Below are positions 19,636 through 29,119 of a DNA stretch of 37,645 nt, one piece after another. Origin of the DNA: Dehalococcoidia bacterium. GTDB lineage: Bacteria; Chloroflexota; Dehalococcoidia; GIF9; AB-539-J10. The notes under the pieces are model-generated. The model was given only the letters and a program-made list of their open reading frames with translations. It did not search any database and had not been told where the DNA came from. The DNA lies in assembly GCA_030615965.1 (NCBI GenBank), contig JAUWYE010000003.1, forward strand, positions 1-37,645, in the 5' to 3' direction. The position numbers and the translations under genes were made by a program. Every line of letters starts with the position of its first letter. The first letter of the stretch is position 1.

Positions 19636-20921
19636 CTATCGGCCTTATTGGCTTCGTGATACTCTTCTCGCTTCTGGCTCTTGGTATACCCATCGGTGCC
19701 GGCATGGCTCTAGTAGGCTTTGTTGGAGTGTGGTTTATTACTTCCGAGGTGGCTGCCTTAACCAAGCTGGCTATCGTGCCCTTCCAGGTGGCGACAGACT
19801 ACTCCCTGGCGGTGCTGCCGCTCTTCCTGCTCATGGCTCATGTGGTCTTTGTCACTGGAATGGGCCGCGACCTGTTCAACCTGATGGCCAAATGGCTGGG
19901 GCACCAGCCCGGTGGGGTGGCCCAGGCCGCCGTCGCCGGCTGTGCCGGCTTTGCCGCCGTCAGCGCCTCAAGTATAGCCACGGCAGCTACCATGGGCCTG
20001 GTGGCTTTACCCGAGATGAAGCGGCTGAAGTACGACCCGGCTCTGGCTACCGGTGCCGTCGCCGCCGGGGGTAGCATGGGCGTTCTCATCCCCCCGAGCG
20101 GGGCACTCATTATCTACGGCATACTTACTGAGACATCCATCGGCAAGCTGTTCGCCGCCGGCCTTATCCCCGGCATACTGGAGGCGGTATTCTACATGGT
20201 TACCATATACATCCTGTGCACCTGGCGGCCCAGCCTTGGCCCCCGCGGTGAGAAGGCCACCTTCAGGGAGAAGATAGCGGCCTTTGGCAGTTGTGGTGAG
20301 GTAATCGCGCTTGCAGCCCTGGTGCTCACAGGCATAATCGTGGGCTGGTTTACGCCCACGGAGGCTGGTGCCGTCGGCGCCTTCGGGGCGATACTCTTCG
20401 CGCTGTTAAGGAAAAGGCTCAATTGGGAGAAGATGAAGACTGCCGTGCTGGAGACCCTGAAGACCACGGGGATGATCTACGGCATATTGATCGGCGCCTT
20501 CATCTTCAACTACTTCCTGGCTCCCACCACTATTCCCTACGTCATCGCTGAATCCGTAGGCGGCTTACCCTTGCCCCCAATGGCCATCTTGGGGATGGTG
20601 CTGATGGTATTCTTCTTCCTTGGCTGCTTTCTAGACGTCGCCGCGATGACTGTGCTCACCATACCCATCTTCTTCCCGCTGATTACCAGTCTGGGATTCA
20701 ACCCGGTGTGGTTCGGCATCCTGTTTGTGAGGATGGCAGAGATAGCCATGATTACCCCCCCGATAGGTATGAACGTTTATGTCATCGCCGGAGTCGCCCC
20801 CGATGTGCCCCTCCAGACGATATTCAAGGGTATTGTACCCTTTGTGTTGGCCGACTTCTTCCACGTGGCCCTGCTGCTGTTTGTCCCGGCAATTGTGCTG
20901 TTTCTGCCAGGCTTGATGTAA
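19623..20921 (+). CDS. dctM: TRAP transporter large permease
   Basis: 432 aa polytopic protein; LIPPS, FTPTEAGAVG, ITPPIGMNVY. Confidence 0.93.
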   Translation: MDPVTIGLIGFVILFSLLALGIPIGAGMALVGFVGVWFITSEVAALTKLAIVPFQVATDYSLAVLPLFLLMAHVVFVTGMGRDLFNLMAKWLGHQPGGVAQAAVAGCAGFAAVSASSIATAATMGLVALPEMKRLKYDPALATGAVAAGGSMGVLIPPSGALIIYGILTETSIGKLFAAGLIPGILEAVFYMVTIYILCTWRPSLGPRGEKATFREKIAAFGSCGEVIALAALVLTGIIVGWFTPTEAGAVGAFGAILFALLRKRLNWEKMKTAVLETLKTTGMIYGILIGAFIFNYFLAPTTIPYVIAESVGGLPLPPMAILGMVLMVFFFLGCFLDVAAMTVLTIPIFFPLITSLGFNPVWFGILFVRMAEIAMITPPIGMNVYVIAGVAPDVPLQTIFKGIVPFVLADFFHVALLLFVPAIVLFLPGLM

Positions 20922-20985
20922 CAGGTGTTACAGGAAGTCCGGCAGAAGCCAATGACGGCTCAAGAAAGGGGGTAAAGCGGTTCTA

Positions 20986-22359
20986 ATGAGGGAATCTCGG
21001 ATACTGGCGGAACACATTGCCCACATTCACTATGATGACATACCTAGCAGTGCTGTAGATGTCACAAAAAGTAGTCTTCTTGACGGACTAGGTGTGATAC
21101 TAGCTGCCGGCACTATGGGTGAAGGGTGCCAGCAGTTTGTCAACCTAGCTATAGAAGAGAGTGGGAAAGAAGAAAGCACAATCATTGGTTTTAATGCCAA
21201 GGTATCGGCAGCTATGGCTGCATTTGCTAATGGATCGATGTCGCATGCGCTGGATTTTGAGGACACTCATGACAGAGCGCTTGTCCATCCCAACGCAGCA
21301 ACAATACCGGCTGCCCTTGCAGTAGCTGAATCTATCGGGAATGTGAGCGGCAAGGAGCTCATTACGGCACTTGCCCTCGGAAGCGATATTGTTTCCAGGT
21401 TAGGTCTTGCACTAAAGGAGGACCCTATTAGATATGGTTGGTATATGCCCCCAATCTTGGGGGCTTTTGGCGCCGCAACGGCGGCTTGCAAGTTACTGAA
21501 CTTGAGTCCAAAGCAGATACTGGATGCCTTTTCTCTAACCCTTTGTCAGGTAACGTGTAGTGCAGAACTAACACGTAGTCCCCACTCAGTTGTCAGAGCC
21601 ATACGGGATGCTTTTTCAGCAAAGGCGGGTGTGTTATCAGCACTGTTGGCTGAAAAAGGCGTCACTGGCTTTGAGCAGCCAATAGAAGGTAAAGCCGGGC
21701 TTTTCCGGCTGTATTCAAGGGAAGACTATGACCTTACGGTGCTAGGGGATGGGCTTGGCAAAACCTTTGAGGGTGCTAATGTTAGCTTTAAGCCGTGGCC
21801 AAGTTGTCGCGGCACTCATTCCTTTATAGAAGCGACCTTTCAAATTGTGAACACTCACGATATAAAGCCCGGTGATATCGAAGACATTAGATTGATTGTA
21901 AGTCCTACCCCACTTAATAGAGTGCTCTGCGAGCCTTTGGAGACAAAACGGAGCCCAAGAACAGCCATAGATGCTAAATTTAGTATACCCTTTATTGTGG
22001 CTCTAGCCTCAGTCCGGAGAGGAGTTACTCTGAGGCATTTCACCCCACAAGCTCTAACAGACCCTGAGGTACTTGAAGTCGCCCAGAAGATTGCCTATGA
22101 GTTAGATAGCAAACTGGAGCCTATGGAGGGCTTCATACAGATAAAGGCTGGACACAAAGTGATGAGTTCAAAAATACCAGAGTTCGCTTATGGGCATCCT
22201 ACAAACCCGATAAGCCAGGAGTCACTTGTTGCCAAGTTCGTGGATTGTGCCGGGCATTCGGCAAAACAAATCCCAAGGGAAAACCTCAACAAACTAACAG
22301 AACTGATTTTGCACTTGGAAGATGTCAAGAACATCAGAGAGATTTTAGTGTATCTCTAG
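20986..22359 (+). CDS. MmgE/PrpD family protein
   Basis: 457 aa; ANGSMSHALDFEDTH, HP, FKPWPSCRGTH, AKFSIPF, GHP. Confidence 0.9.
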   Translation: MRESRILAEHIAHIHYDDIPSSAVDVTKSSLLDGLGVILAAGTMGEGCQQFVNLAIEESGKEESTIIGFNAKVSAAMAAFANGSMSHALDFEDTHDRALVHPNAATIPAALAVAESIGNVSGKELITALALGSDIVSRLGLALKEDPIRYGWYMPPILGAFGAATAACKLLNLSPKQILDAFSLTLCQVTCSAELTRSPHSVVRAIRDAFSAKAGVLSALLAEKGVTGFEQPIEGKAGLFRLYSREDYDLTVLGDGLGKTFEGANVSFKPWPSCRGTHSFIEATFQIVNTHDIKPGDIEDIRLIVSPTPLNRVLCEPLETKRSPRTAIDAKFSIPFIVALASVRRGVTLRHFTPQALTDPEVLEVAQKIAYELDSKLEPMEGFIQIKAGHKVMSSKIPEFAYGHPTNPISQESLVAKFVDCAGHSAKQIPRENLNKLTELILHLEDVKNIREILVYL

Positions 22360-22502
22360 GTTTTATGTGCTGCTATCTATCTCTCTTTACCTCGGTTAGT
22401 CAAGAGCAAAAACGCTGATAACCACCTTGCGGACAAAGGCAATAGGTGTATTGTAATATCTTTCGGCTCGTCGAATACTAACCTTAACTACAGCCCAGCC
22501 TG

Positions 22503-22793
22503 CTAAGTGATTGCGTTTTCGTTCTTAAGAATTGCAATATCTTGCCATTCAAGATGCTGCGAATCGCCGATATGTTGCTTTACCATTTGTATGCCAGCTT
22601 CACAAAGAGCATGCGCGACTCTGAGCATCCCCTCCAGTGTGTAGTGTACGCCCGGTTGGTGCTGGCCCTCAGCCAATGTAACATCACGTATGGTAACTCT
22701 CTCCAATAAGTCGGGATACCCTGCCCTTACCTCTTCCACGTAGTTGTAATGGCTGACACGATATTTACCAGGCACTTCCCAACTCGTTCCCCT
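22503..22793 (-). pseudogene. truncated DRE-TIM metallolyase (LeuA/homocitrate synthase/HMGL-like), N-terminal fragment
   Basis: VTIRDVTLAEGQHQPGV (cf. DTTLRDGEQxPG); stops after ~90 aa; in-frame AGG at 22793 behind SD AAGGAGG looks like a mutated ATG. Confidence 0.65.
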
Positions 22794-22856
22794 GACGCCT
22801 CCTTGACCCTCTGCTACACAGCCATAATACTCTGCCCCAACTTAAACCTTCCGTGG

Positions 22857-23990
22857 CTAGGCTTTCCGAATTAGGACTTCATCTCTTTCAATAACGTACT
22901 TAGTATTAAAACCTTGGTCTCGGGTAATCTCCTCCATGTATCTGACCACTTCACCAAACCGCTCATCTTTTGAACTCAAGACCTCTGGCTGAGATTGTTT
23001 ATTGATATAGGTAGGCAGAAAGGAAACACTCCTTATCTCTCCATTGGAGATAACACATTTAACAATAATTGTTTTCCTCGAATCAGGGGGTAAATAATAA
23101 GTGGGATACTCGGGGTCTGGCTGCCAGCTAGGATTAAGCACCTGTATTTCTTTATGCCTTGGACTTTCTAGCATTTCCTTGGTTGGAGACAGGTCTAAAG
23201 CAAAATTACAGAGGCTATAAAAGACCACTTTACCTGCATAAACCTCAATGCCCTTGAGTATGTGGGCGTGATGACCCAGTATCAGGTCACCTCCAGAATC
23301 AATCGCTACACGAGCGATCTCTTTTTGATATTCGGCTATCACGGCAGGGATGAAATGGATTCCCCAGTGCATGGACAGGATTACTAAGTCAGCTTGAGAC
23401 TTTGCTTTCCTGATATCATCCACCATCGCCTGCAGGTCATCCCTGTGGGGAAAGGTATGTATTCGGCATGGCGTGCCTGGCTGATCATGCTCAATCTGCT
23501 CATATAAGGTGAGACCCCTCATGGGAGCACAACCCGGACGATCGGTCTCAGCCCAATACCCCTGCGGTAAGATTGAATTGTAGGCTAAAAAGGCTATTCG
23601 GGTTCCCTTACATTCAACAATTGCTGGCTTTCGAGCCTCTTCAATATTCCTACCCACACCTATGACCATGAGCCCCTGTTCCTCAAGGGCGTGTATAGTA
23701 TCAAAAAAGGCTTCACGCCCCCAGTCCATGCAGTGATTGCTAGCGAAAGAGACGATACTGAAACCAGCTTCTTTAATTGCCTGGGCTGTTTTGGGATCAG
23801 CACGCATGGCAAGCCTAGCTTGTGGCAGAGGAGTCCCTTTGTGAGATAGATTGATTTCAAGCTGACAGAAGGCTATGTCAGCTTGTCTGGGAATGACTGC
23901 GACACACTGAAAAATTGAGCCCGGGTCTTCCCTATAGGGAGCCACATCGCCAACGGCATACAACACCAAATCATTAGCCTTATTTACCAT
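22857..23990 (-). CDS. CapA/PGA_cap family metallophosphoesterase-fold protein 1
   Basis: AVGD, ASNHCMDWG, SMHWG, ILGHHAH, YSLCNF; ATG 23990 after SD AGGAG. Confidence 0.88.
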   Translation of the reverse strand: MVNKANDLVLYAVGDVAPYREDPGSIFQCVAVIPRQADIAFCQLEINLSHKGTPLPQARLAMRADPKTAQAIKEAGFSIVSFASNHCMDWGREAFFDTIHALEEQGLMVIGVGRNIEEARKPAIVECKGTRIAFLAYNSILPQGYWAETDRPGCAPMRGLTLYEQIEHDQPGTPCRIHTFPHRDDLQAMVDDIRKAKSQADLVILSMHWGIHFIPAVIAEYQKEIARVAIDSGGDLILGHHAHILKGIEVYAGKVVFYSLCNFALDLSPTKEMLESPRHKEIQVLNPSWQPDPEYPTYYLPPDSRKTIIVKCVISNGEIRSVSFLPTYINKQSQPEVLSSKDERFGEVVRYMEEITRDQGFNTKYVIERDEVLIRKA

Positions 23991-24157
23991 GCACTTCTCC
24001 TTTCTCCCGTATATTTGACGTCCTCCTACCACGTCCTATGATAGACGCATCCCCAATAAGGCGGTTTCACCAGAAGTAAGGTTTCGACACTATTATAAGA
24101 TGTCTTCAGCATAATATAAATAGTGCATGTTTATCTGTCATTAAATTTATCTTTTTG

Positions 24158-24199
24158 TATATTATAACAGTTGTATTTTTTTTTGTTGTACTTTATAAT
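24158..24199. promoter_or_regulatory. divergent promoter/operator region between capA-like gene 1 and the MarR gene
   Basis: Plus: TTGTAT (24171-76), 17 nt including a T-tract, TATAAT (24194-99). Minus: extended -10 TGTTATAAT (24169-61). Imperfect palindrome TATAAC-A-GTTGTA. Confidence 0.55.
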
Positions 24200-24251
24200 T
24201 GGGTTAAACTGGGTTACTGAAAACTTGAATAAGATAAATAAGAACCTTTAA

Positions 24252-24797
24252 ATGACGGTGAAGAGGGAGATTCAAAAAGTAGACAGGGAGATTCGAGCCA
24301 TGAACTTTCCCCGTCTTGTTGTGTTCGCTGATGTTGTAAACCGGTACACCAATAAAGTATTTAGGAGCAAGACCAGTTGGCTGCGAACAAGCGCCTTGTT
24401 TTTCATGATTACACGAGGGGGTAGTCTGACCCCCAGTCAGCTTGCCCGCATTATGCTTCGCTCTAACTACAGTGTGACGAAGATAATTGATGGTCTTGAG
24501 AAAGATGGATTGGTGAGAAGACGTCGTAATAGGAGGGATCGAAGGACTGTTAATGTTCAAGTAACTCCCGCTGGTCTAGAGTTTGTCATGGCAAGCTTAA
24601 ATAATGCTACTGTGGCTGAGGATGAAGTGAAATCCTGCCTGAGTAATAATGAACTTAAAGTGCTGGCAGACCTTACTCGTAAATTGAGGCTCAGACTTAT
24701 TGACAGGGTATCTGAAAGATATTCGCTCTCCGTCGATGATAGACGGGCGATTTTTGAAAAACCACTTACTTGGATATCAGAAATGTCAAAAAAGTAG
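24252..24797 (+). CDS. MarR family transcriptional regulator
   Basis: LTPSQLARIM...VTKIIDGLEKDGLVRR...DRRTVNVQVTPAG winged-helix signature. Confidence 0.92.
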   Translation: MTVKREIQKVDREIRAMNFPRLVVFADVVNRYTNKVFRSKTSWLRTSALFFMITRGGSLTPSQLARIMLRSNYSVTKIIDGLEKDGLVRRRRNRRDRRTVNVQVTPAGLEFVMASLNNATVAEDEVKSCLSNNELKVLADLTRKLRLRLIDRVSERYSLSVDDRRAIFEKPLTWISEMSKK

Positions 24798-24902
24798 AAA
24801 ATGGGACAGACTTATAGTTTTGCCTACAGCATCAATTCTTAACAAGAACACACCATGCTTTTGTGGCTGCCTTAGGATTCTTACTGTAGGAGGTAATGGG
24901 GT

Positions 24903-25492
24903 TTGTCAAAAAGCCTTTTATTGAAGGAACTATCTCGGTATAGTATTGGCACGTACGCAGATATAATCTATAGAAATGCGCTCCTGTATCCAAACCAAGA
25001 AGCCTTCGTGTATGGAGATACGAGGATAACCTTCTCCGAGTTTAATACAAGAGTTAATAGGCTGATTCATGCCTTACATGAGATGGATGTTAAAAAGGGG
25101 GATGTGCTTGGCATTCTATCTTTGAACTGTCTGCAGTTTGCAGATGTGTATGGTGCAGCAATGAAAGGAGGATTCATTGCTGCACCATTTAATACGAGGT
25201 TGAAAGCGGAAGAGCTTGATTACATCATCAATTATTCGGAAGCCAATATCCTTTTTGTAGGGCCTGAATTATTAGAAGTGGCCAATTCCCTTAAGCTGCG
25301 ACTACCTAAGGTTAAGAATTTTATCTGCAGGGAGCAAGCACTACTGCCGAAGAGCTTATCGCCTTTTGCAAAGAGACCATAGCAGGTTATAAAGCACCGA
25401 AGTCGGTTGAGTTTGTTGATTCCCTGCCCAAGAACCCTGCCGGCAAGATTTTGAAGCGCGAGCTGAGGGAGAAGTACTGGAAAGGGCTATAG
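24903..25492 (+). pseudogene. acyl-CoA synthetase (AMP-binding) gene with a large internal deletion
   Basis: N-terminal ~142 aa (TFSEFNTRVNRL, VKKGDVLGIL) joined out of frame at ~25326-25331 to a C-terminal AMP-binding_C tail, GASTTAEELIAFCKETIAGYKAPKSVEFVDSLPKNPAGKILKRELREKYWKGL* (TAG 25490-92). The TSGTTG core is absent. Confidence 0.88.
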
Positions 25493-25527
25493 CAGTATTG
25501 CCCTGAGCTACTGCCACTTTACAGAAG

Positions 25528-26493
25528 GTGGTGTTTGTGGTACAGACTGAAGATGAGATAATTAGCAGAAATGAAGTAGAAGCTACAAAAGGCGTGATTT
25601 TCAATATACAACATTACTCCATTCACGATGGTCCTGGAATTCGGACTACTGTTTTTATTAAGGGATGCCCGCTGAAGTGTGTTTGGTGTCAGAACCCTGA
25701 GTCACAAGCATCGCAACCTGAAATCTTTTTTGATAGCGAGAAGTGTACTGGATGTGGAAAATGTGCTCAGGCTTGCCCAGAGGGAGCCATCGAAATTTAC
25801 GAGGGACGATCGAGGACGAACCGGCAGCTTTGCAAGGGTGCTGGGAAGTGTGCTGAAGTGTGTCCCAATGAGGCAAGAAATCTTATGGGAAGATATGTCA
25901 CAGCCGGAGAGGTTTTCAAAGAAGTGCAAGGGGACGCAATATTCTACCAGAGGTCGGGTGGTGGCGTCACCCTGAGTGGTGGTGAGCCCTTGGCCCAACC
26001 TCAGTTTGCGATTAGCTTGCTTAAGCTCTGTAAGGATGCTGGCATACATACAGCACTCGATACGTGTGGATACGCCAGATGGGAAACTGTGAAGCGGATT
26101 CTAAATTATGTTGACCTAGTGCTGTATGACCTTAAACATATGGATCCGGTTGAACATGAGAAGTGCACTGGGGTATCAAACGACTTGATATTGGATAACG
26201 TGAGAAAGATTCATCATGAGTTGCCCATTCCCATTCTTGCTCGGGTATCCATAATACCGGGTTACAGTGATTCTGTTGAAAACATTGAGGCAACAGCTAA
26301 ATTCATAGCAACTGAACTAGGGAATTCAATAAAGGTTCATCTTCTCCCATATCATCGGCTTGGGGAGACAAAATACGAAAGGCTGGAAAGGCTGGGCAAA
26401 TCAGTCTCAATTGAACCTCCCAGTGATGAGCATATGTCGGAACTCCAAAAGATTGTCGAGTCTTTTGGGTTAATAGCTTACATAGGTGGGTGA
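25528..26493 (+). CDS. glycyl-radical enzyme activating protein (radical SAM with 2x[4Fe-4S] ferredoxin insert)
   Basis: HDGPGIRT, GCPLKCVWCQNPE, CTGCGKCAQAC, CKGAGKCAEVC, GGVTLSGGEP, LLPYHRLG; exact start uncertain. Confidence 0.93.
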   Translation: MVFVVQTEDEIISRNEVEATKGVIFNIQHYSIHDGPGIRTTVFIKGCPLKCVWCQNPESQASQPEIFFDSEKCTGCGKCAQACPEGAIEIYEGRSRTNRQLCKGAGKCAEVCPNEARNLMGRYVTAGEVFKEVQGDAIFYQRSGGGVTLSGGEPLAQPQFAISLLKLCKDAGIHTALDTCGYARWETVKRILNYVDLVLYDLKHMDPVEHEKCTGVSNDLILDNVRKIHHELPIPILARVSIIPGYSDSVENIEATAKFIATELGNSIKVHLLPYHRLGETKYERLERLGKSVSIEPPSDEHMSELQKIVESFGLIAYIGG

Positions 26494-26566
26494 GGATGTC
26501 GAGATTAGGCAAAGTTATACTTGGGCAGAGTAATGCGCCGCGTCAGACCAAGAAGATTTGAGAAGA

Positions 26567-27748
26567 ATGGACGCATTTGAGACGATGCAAAAGCATTATC
26601 AGCAGCGTGACCTAGCCGCCAGGAAATGGAAGGAAAAAGGGGGAAAGGTGGCAGGTTATTTCTGTAACAATGTTCCCGAGGAAATGATTCTAGCTGCTGG
26701 CTTCTTCCCTTTTCGAATCAGTGGTGACCCGTGGGGTGGCACAGAGGTAGCGGACAGATACACTGAACCCTTTTACGAACCTGACGTGCGTTCCATGTTC
26801 AACATGCTTCTGACCGGGCGGTATGATTTTCTGGATTTCCTGATTATCCCACATTCCAGGGATGCTATTCTCGCATTGTATTATCACCTGGGCAAAGTGC
26901 AACAGATTGCCCCCACCCTGAAGCTTCCCGAACTTCACCTTTTTGATACACCTCATACCAGGTTCTGGATGTCTGGCCTTTATATGCGTGACAGGGTGCG
27001 TGAACTTAAGAAGAAACTAGAAGAATGGTCAGGGCAAGAGATTTCCAACGAACGGCTATCAAAAGCCATAGCCATCGGAAATGAAAACAAGATGTTGCTG
27101 AAGAAGGTTGCTGCCCTGAGGGCAGCCGAGCCACCGCGCATCTCAGGGGTGGAAGCACTCCAGATAATCGGGTCATCCATGTTTATGCTTAAGGAGGAGC
27201 ATAACAAGCTGCTCAGACAATTTCTGACGGAGGCTGCTCGGCTTCCTGCCAAGGATGGTGTAAGGCTATTTGTCGAAGGAAGCCCTATTGATAATTTGCA
27301 ATTCTATGAACTTGTTGAATCCGGCAATGCTACGATTGTTGGTGAGGATAACTGCTGGGGCAACAGGTATTCTGATGACCCAGTGGACGTATCTCTTGAC
27401 CCTCTAGAGGCTATTGCCGAGAGATATCACCTTAAATCACCCTGTCCTCGGATGCATCCCATGGATCGGAGAGTGGAGTATTGCCTACGGAGCGCTGTAG
27501 AGGCGAAGGCGCAAGGGATGATATTTTTCTTTCTTGAGTGGGATAATGCCCTAGCCTGGGAGTATCCTGACCAGAAAAAGGCACTGGAAGAGAAAGGTAT
27601 ACCGACTGTGTGTTTTGAGATGCAGAAATACCTTCTATCTGATCCTGAGCGTGAGCGGCTAAGAACCCGTATTGAGCAATTTGTTGAAGCTATAGGCATG
27701 GATAAAAAGTCGGCAAGAAGTGCTCATGCTCGACATGCTGCTCAGTGA
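26567..27748 (+). CDS. 2-hydroxyacyl-CoA dehydratase / benzoyl-CoA reductase subunit (HgdB/FldC/BcrC-like)
   Basis: WKEKGGKVAGYFC..VPEEMILAAG, DNCWG, IAERY, RTRIEQFVE. Confidence 0.85.
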   Translation: MDAFETMQKHYQQRDLAARKWKEKGGKVAGYFCNNVPEEMILAAGFFPFRISGDPWGGTEVADRYTEPFYEPDVRSMFNMLLTGRYDFLDFLIIPHSRDAILALYYHLGKVQQIAPTLKLPELHLFDTPHTRFWMSGLYMRDRVRELKKKLEEWSGQEISNERLSKAIAIGNENKMLLKKVAALRAAEPPRISGVEALQIIGSSMFMLKEEHNKLLRQFLTEAARLPAKDGVRLFVEGSPIDNLQFYELVESGNATIVGEDNCWGNRYSDDPVDVSLDPLEAIAERYHLKSPCPRMHPMDRRVEYCLRSAVEAKAQGMIFFFLEWDNALAWEYPDQKKALEEKGIPTVCFEMQKYLLSDPERERLRTRIEQFVEAIGMDKKSARSAHARHAAQ

Positions 27749-27864
27749 GCAGGCCAAAGACTTTTCTTCACAATGCACACTAAAAATGGATTTTAACAAT
27801 GAAAGAGTGTAGGGACAGTTAGAATCTACCATAGTTGTAATTCATGAGTAGACAGAGGTAGGCA

Positions 27865-29106
27865 ATGGCTGACAGTTTATTGGGTGGTTTTCGGGCTCTG
27901 GATCTAACGGATGAGAAAGGGTTTGTCTGTGGTAAGATTCTGGCGGCTTTAGGGGTGGAGACAATAAAGATTGAGAAACCTGGGGGAGACCCAGCACGAG
28001 GCATTCCCCCCTTTCTTCATGATGCACCGGCTCCTGAAAAAAGTCTGTACTGGTTTGCTTTCAATACCGATAAGCGGAGCATAACCCTTAATCTGGATGC
28101 GAGCCAAGGGCAAGACTTGTTCCGGAAACTAGTGGAGAGAGCTGACTTCGTGCTGGAGTCGTTTGCTCCAGGCTATATGGATAGCCTTGGGCTCGGTTAT
28201 GAAGCGTTAAGGCGAGTAAATCCTAGGATTATTATGACCTCGATAACCCCATTTGGGCAGAAAGGTCCCTATGCTCAATATAAGGGGAGTGAGTTGATAG
28301 CTTCTGCCATGAGTGGAGTCATGGTAAGCACTGGAGACCCGGATCGGCCACCTGTCAGGGAGGGGCCTGATTCTATATACTTCCGCTCTAGTGCTGCGGC
28401 TGCTCTCGGGACAGTAATGGCCCATTACTATCGTGAAAACACTGGCGAAGGACAACAAGTTGATGTTTCCCTGCAGGAGGTTGCCGCCAGCAGAACCTCA
28501 TCGGATCTTGTGGTCTGGGAGTTTGATAAGCGCTTGATAAAACGAAATGCCACTATCCGTACGGTTGGCGCTCGTGCTACTCAATGGCTCTGGCGATGTA
28601 AGGGCGGGTACGTGTTCTGGCCGTATATGGGTGGTCCGGGTGGAGCGCCGGCTAATAGCGCTCTGTCGCAATGGATTGACGACGATGGATTAGAGAATCC
28701 GCTTAATCAGGTGACAAATTGGGACGAATTTGATTTTGCCACATTGCCCAGGGCAGTGCTTGACGTCCAGCAGGAGGCAATACGCAAGTTCTTCATGAAC
28801 CACACCAAGAAAGAAATCGCTGAGGAGGGATTGAAGAGGGGGATAAATGCAAGTGTGGTAAATAATCCTGCCAATGTGCTTGAAAACCCGCAACTTGAAG
28901 CACGGAGCTATTGGGTAGAATTAGAACATTCCGAATTAGGCGTTACGCTTACCTATCCAAAGTATTTCTTTTTAAATAATCAGACGGAGAACTTTATAAG
29001 ACGCCGAGCACCACTTATCGGTGAGGACAACGACGATATCTATGCAAATGAGCTAGGATTGTCGAGCACTGAAATGGTGGCATTGAAGGAAGCAGGTGTT
29101 ATTTGA
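27865..29106 (+). CDS. class III (CaiB/BaiF) CoA-transferase subunit, probably non-catalytic (BbsE-like)
   Basis: IKIEKPGGD, NTDKRSITLNL, SITPFGQKGPY, APLIGE; no Asp at the usual catalytic position. Confidence 0.88.
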   Translation: MADSLLGGFRALDLTDEKGFVCGKILAALGVETIKIEKPGGDPARGIPPFLHDAPAPEKSLYWFAFNTDKRSITLNLDASQGQDLFRKLVERADFVLESFAPGYMDSLGLGYEALRRVNPRIIMTSITPFGQKGPYAQYKGSELIASAMSGVMVSTGDPDRPPVREGPDSIYFRSSAAAALGTVMAHYYRENTGEGQQVDVSLQEVAASRTSSDLVVWEFDKRLIKRNATIRTVGARATQWLWRCKGGYVFWPYMGGPGGAPANSALSQWIDDDGLENPLNQVTNWDEFDFATLPRAVLDVQQEAIRKFFMNHTKKEIAEEGLKRGINASVVNNPANVLENPQLEARSYWVELEHSELGVTLTYPKYFFLNNQTENFIRRRAPLIGEDNDDIYANELGLSSTEMVALKEAGVI

Positions 29107-29119
29107 GAAGGAAGAACAA

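Noticed and set aside
22857-23990. Poly-gamma-glutamate capsule locus
   Set aside because: No capB/capC and no membrane anchor on either CapA-like protein
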